Source of the DNA: Candidatus Woesearchaeota archaeon
Lineage (GTDB): Archaea; Nanobdellota; Nanobdellia; Pacearchaeales; GW2011-AR1
Direction: 5' to 3'
NCBI GenBank assembly: GCA_964519005.1
Contig: CAZFLO010000001.1
Location: 25,521 to 32,000 of the forward strand
DNA: 6,480 nt
Shown here: one piece after another, positions 5,190-6,480 of the stretch
How the letters are laid out: each line of letters starts with the position of its first letter
Numbering within the stretch: position 1 is the first letter of the stretch
Notes under the pieces: generated by a model
Told to the model about the DNA's origin: nothing
The model's database searches: none
The model's input: only the letters and a program-made list of their open reading frames with translations
Program-made: the position numbers and the translations under genes

Positions 5190-5651
5190 TTAAATTAAAA
5201 ATCTTACAAATAATATGGGTAGGCCAATAAGACTTCCCAAGTAGAGGAGCTGGAAAAGGAAAACCTTCCAAGTTATTTCTTTCCTATAAATATAAACTTC
5301 TGTAAAATAAATTAGAAAAAGAAGAAATCCTATTATAATTAAGATTATTCTTGAGAAAAAATCATAAAAGCCTAAATTACGAAAATTAATTCCAAAAAAT
5401 AAAATGGCAACCAGGACAAAAACATGATAAAAAGTTACTCTTTTACCTGCTGCCTCTACACGCGCAAAAAGAATTACAACAATAAATAAAATAATGGAAA
5501 AGATCGTGAAAAAGTCCTCTCTGTTAAATGTATTTTCTCCCAAATGAATGAAAAATTTATTTGAAATAATTGTTATGATGAAATAACCAATGATCGTCAA
5601 GAACCACATGAGGACTACTTCTTTTTTAAGAAACTTATTTGATTTGTTCAT
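5190..5651 (-). CDS. Hypothetical polytopic membrane protein (153 aa, about 5 TM segments)
   Basis: 462-nt ORF, ATG at 5649-5651. Hydrophobic segments run throughout (WFLTIIGYFIITII, IFSIILFIVVILFA, VFVLVAILFFGI, IILIIIGFLLFLIYF, LLYLGSLIGLPILFV). Confidence 0.75.
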   Translation of the reverse strand: MNKSNKFLKKEVVLMWFLTIIGYFIITIISNKFFIHLGENTFNREDFFTIFSIILFIVVILFARVEAAGKRVTFYHVFVLVAILFFGINFRNLGFYDFFSRIILIIIGFLLFLIYFTEVYIYRKEITWKVFLFQLLYLGSLIGLPILFVRFLI

Positions 5652-5763
5652 AACTTGAATTTTAGTGATTTATTTTTTTATTTTTTTGATTTTATTACTT
5701 TGAATTTTATTCCCCAGACTCCAAAGAATGTCTTCGGAAGGATAAATATATGAAACGCTGGCG

Positions 5764-5780
5764 GAACAGGAAAACTGTTC
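5764..5780 (-). other. Small hairpin 1 nt after the stop of CDS 5782..6009 (weak terminator candidate)
   Basis: gaacag (5764-5769), loop gaaaa, ctgttc (5775-5780): a 6-bp stem. There is no adjacent U-tract on the minus strand (CGCCAGCGTTTCATATATTT follows). Confidence 0.2.
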
Positions 5781-5781
5781 G

Positions 5782-6009
5782 TTAAGCTTGACTTTCTTGG
5801 TGAATCCGGCCAAATGGATCGGGCGATTCCATTCGTAGTTCTGGAACAAGTAGGTCAGCTCCCCCTATAAAAACCCCGCAACCAATAAGAAAGATGATTA
5901 TACCTGCAAAAATATTTTCTTTGAGAAAGAATACAATCCCTCCAATTACCATCAATAATCCAATAAAATTTATTGCAATTCCGATAATAATTACGATTAC
6001 GATTACCAT
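5782..6009 (-). CDS. Hypothetical small membrane protein (75 aa, 2 TM segments, polar C-terminal tail)
   Basis: ATG at 6007-6009 is preceded by a strong Shine-Dalgarno. The product is MVIVIVIIIGIAINFIGLLMVIGGIVFFL...IFAGIIIFLIGCGVFIGG, followed by a charged tail. Confidence 0.7.
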   Translation of the reverse strand: MVIVIVIIIGIAINFIGLLMVIGGIVFFLKENIFAGIIIFLIGCGVFIGGADLLVPELRMESPDPFGRIHQESQA

Positions 6010-6017
6010 AATTATCT

Positions 6018-6023
6018 CTCCTT
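6018..6023 (-). promoter_or_regulatory. Shine-Dalgarno sequence AAGGAG for CDS 5782..6009
   Basis: Plus-strand ctcctt at 6018-6023 is AAGGAG on the minus strand, with an 8-nt spacer to the ATG. Confidence 0.75.
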
Positions 6024-6054
6024 TTTTATTTGTTTATTTGAAAATTTGTTTTCT

Positions 6055-6091
6055 AAAAAAGGGCGGGATTGCACATCAAGTCAAACCCCTT
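6055..6091 (-). terminator. Possible intrinsic terminator after CDS 6119..>6480
   Basis: The minus strand reads AAGGGGTTTGACTTGATGTGCAATCCCGCCCTTTTTTAG. GGGTTTG and CAATCCC form an imperfect stem (one mismatch), followed by GCCC and a T6 run. The stem is weak and is separated from the T-run by 4 nt. Confidence 0.3.
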
Positions 6092-6118
6092 ACCTACTTC
6101 CTGAATTCGAAAAATTCC

Positions 6119-6480
6119 CTAGCGGAAATTTTTTGAGACATAAACTTTTCCGTCTCTTTCCAAATAGAAATCTGCCCCCATTTGAGAGACTTTTCTGGAC
6201 ACGGAAAAAATAGGTAACCACCGAGGTTTCTTCAATTCAAATTTGAATACCTCTTCCTCAGTTTCGATAGTGATCTTATCTCCTTTTTTGAATTCTTCCC
6301 AAACCACAATTGCCTGACTCCTCATGTCTTCTTGCCATCTAATCCCCATCTGGATTCTAAGCCATGAAAGATTAAGGGTATCTTTAGAAGCGATGATTGA
6401 ATCAAGTATTGGTTTAGCAAATTTGATGATCTCCAAATAAATTGAATCATACTTGCTTGTTTGCAATGTATACTCATGCT
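6119..6480 (-). CDS. Hypothetical soluble protein, probably 5'-truncated by the right window edge
   Basis: The track start at 6464-6466 is TTG, not ATG. The same frame stays open to the window end (upstream codons read ...H E Y T before it), and no Shine-Dalgarno precedes the TTG. The true start is therefore probably outside the window. TAG stop at 6119-6121. Confidence 0.7.
   Translation of the reverse strand, partial: HEYTLQTSKYDSIYLEIIKFAKPILDSIIASKDTLNLSWLRIQMGIRWQEDMRSQAIVVWEEFKKGDKITIETEEEVFKFELKKPRWLPIFSVSRKVSQMGADFYLERDGKVYVSKNFR

Noticed and set aside
5179-5271. The 5' extension of track ORF 4795..5271 (MEGFPFPAPLLGKSYWPTHIICKIFNLKFNF...)
   Set aside because: It begins at TTG (5269-5271) and overlaps the 3' end of CDS 5190..5651 by 82 nt. 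An ATG at 5176-5178 lies 11 nt after that gene's stop and starts a typical MKK... membrane-protein N-terminus.
1556-6136. Eight plus-strand ORFs in the track (1556..1753, 1898..2095, 2362..2589, 2769..2951, 3302..3535, 4160..4399, 4466..4768, 5894..6136)
   Set aside because: Each is short (60-100 aa) and lies mostly or wholly antisense to a much longer minus-strand ORF. Their products are low-complexity (S/F/I/K-rich) with no start context. I treat them as shadow ORFs of the minus-strand genes.
6464-6466. Track start codon for ORF 6119..6466
   Set aside because: The codon is TTG and the frame stays open to the window edge (6480), with no SD. It is more likely an internal Leu of a gene that starts outside the window.

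Overview
Low-GC window (roughly 30% G+C by eye, not computed), prokaryotic or phage-like. Nearly all coding capacity is on the minus strand: 11 co-directional, tightly packed ORFs covering about 88% of the window. Two are cut by the window edges; the left-edge one is missing from the ORF track and I translated it by hand. I recognise no catalytic or family-defining motif in any product (no Walker A, nuclease, recombinase or transposase signatures), and I see no tRNA, rRNA, CRISPR array or IS element. Six of the 11 products look like small multi-pass or bitopic membrane proteins; the rest are small soluble proteins.

The non-coding architecture is the unusual part:
1. A near-identical 36-nt junction element that includes the ATG (33-35 of 36 nt identical) precedes three consecutive, non-homologous ORFs.
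2. A 34-nt GC-rich hairpin repeat (32/34 identical, loop sequence conserved) lies about 20 nt after two stop codons and brackets a five-gene block.
3. A second family of related upstream elements carries a TTTTTG microsatellite.
4. Two genes contain recent in-frame tandem duplications.

My best reading is a cassette-like accessory array, either an immunity-gene-type island or an early/host-takeover-type module of a phage or mobile element. This is inference from organisation only. No toxin, recombinase or phage hallmark gene is visible here, and the taxon cannot be fixed from this window.
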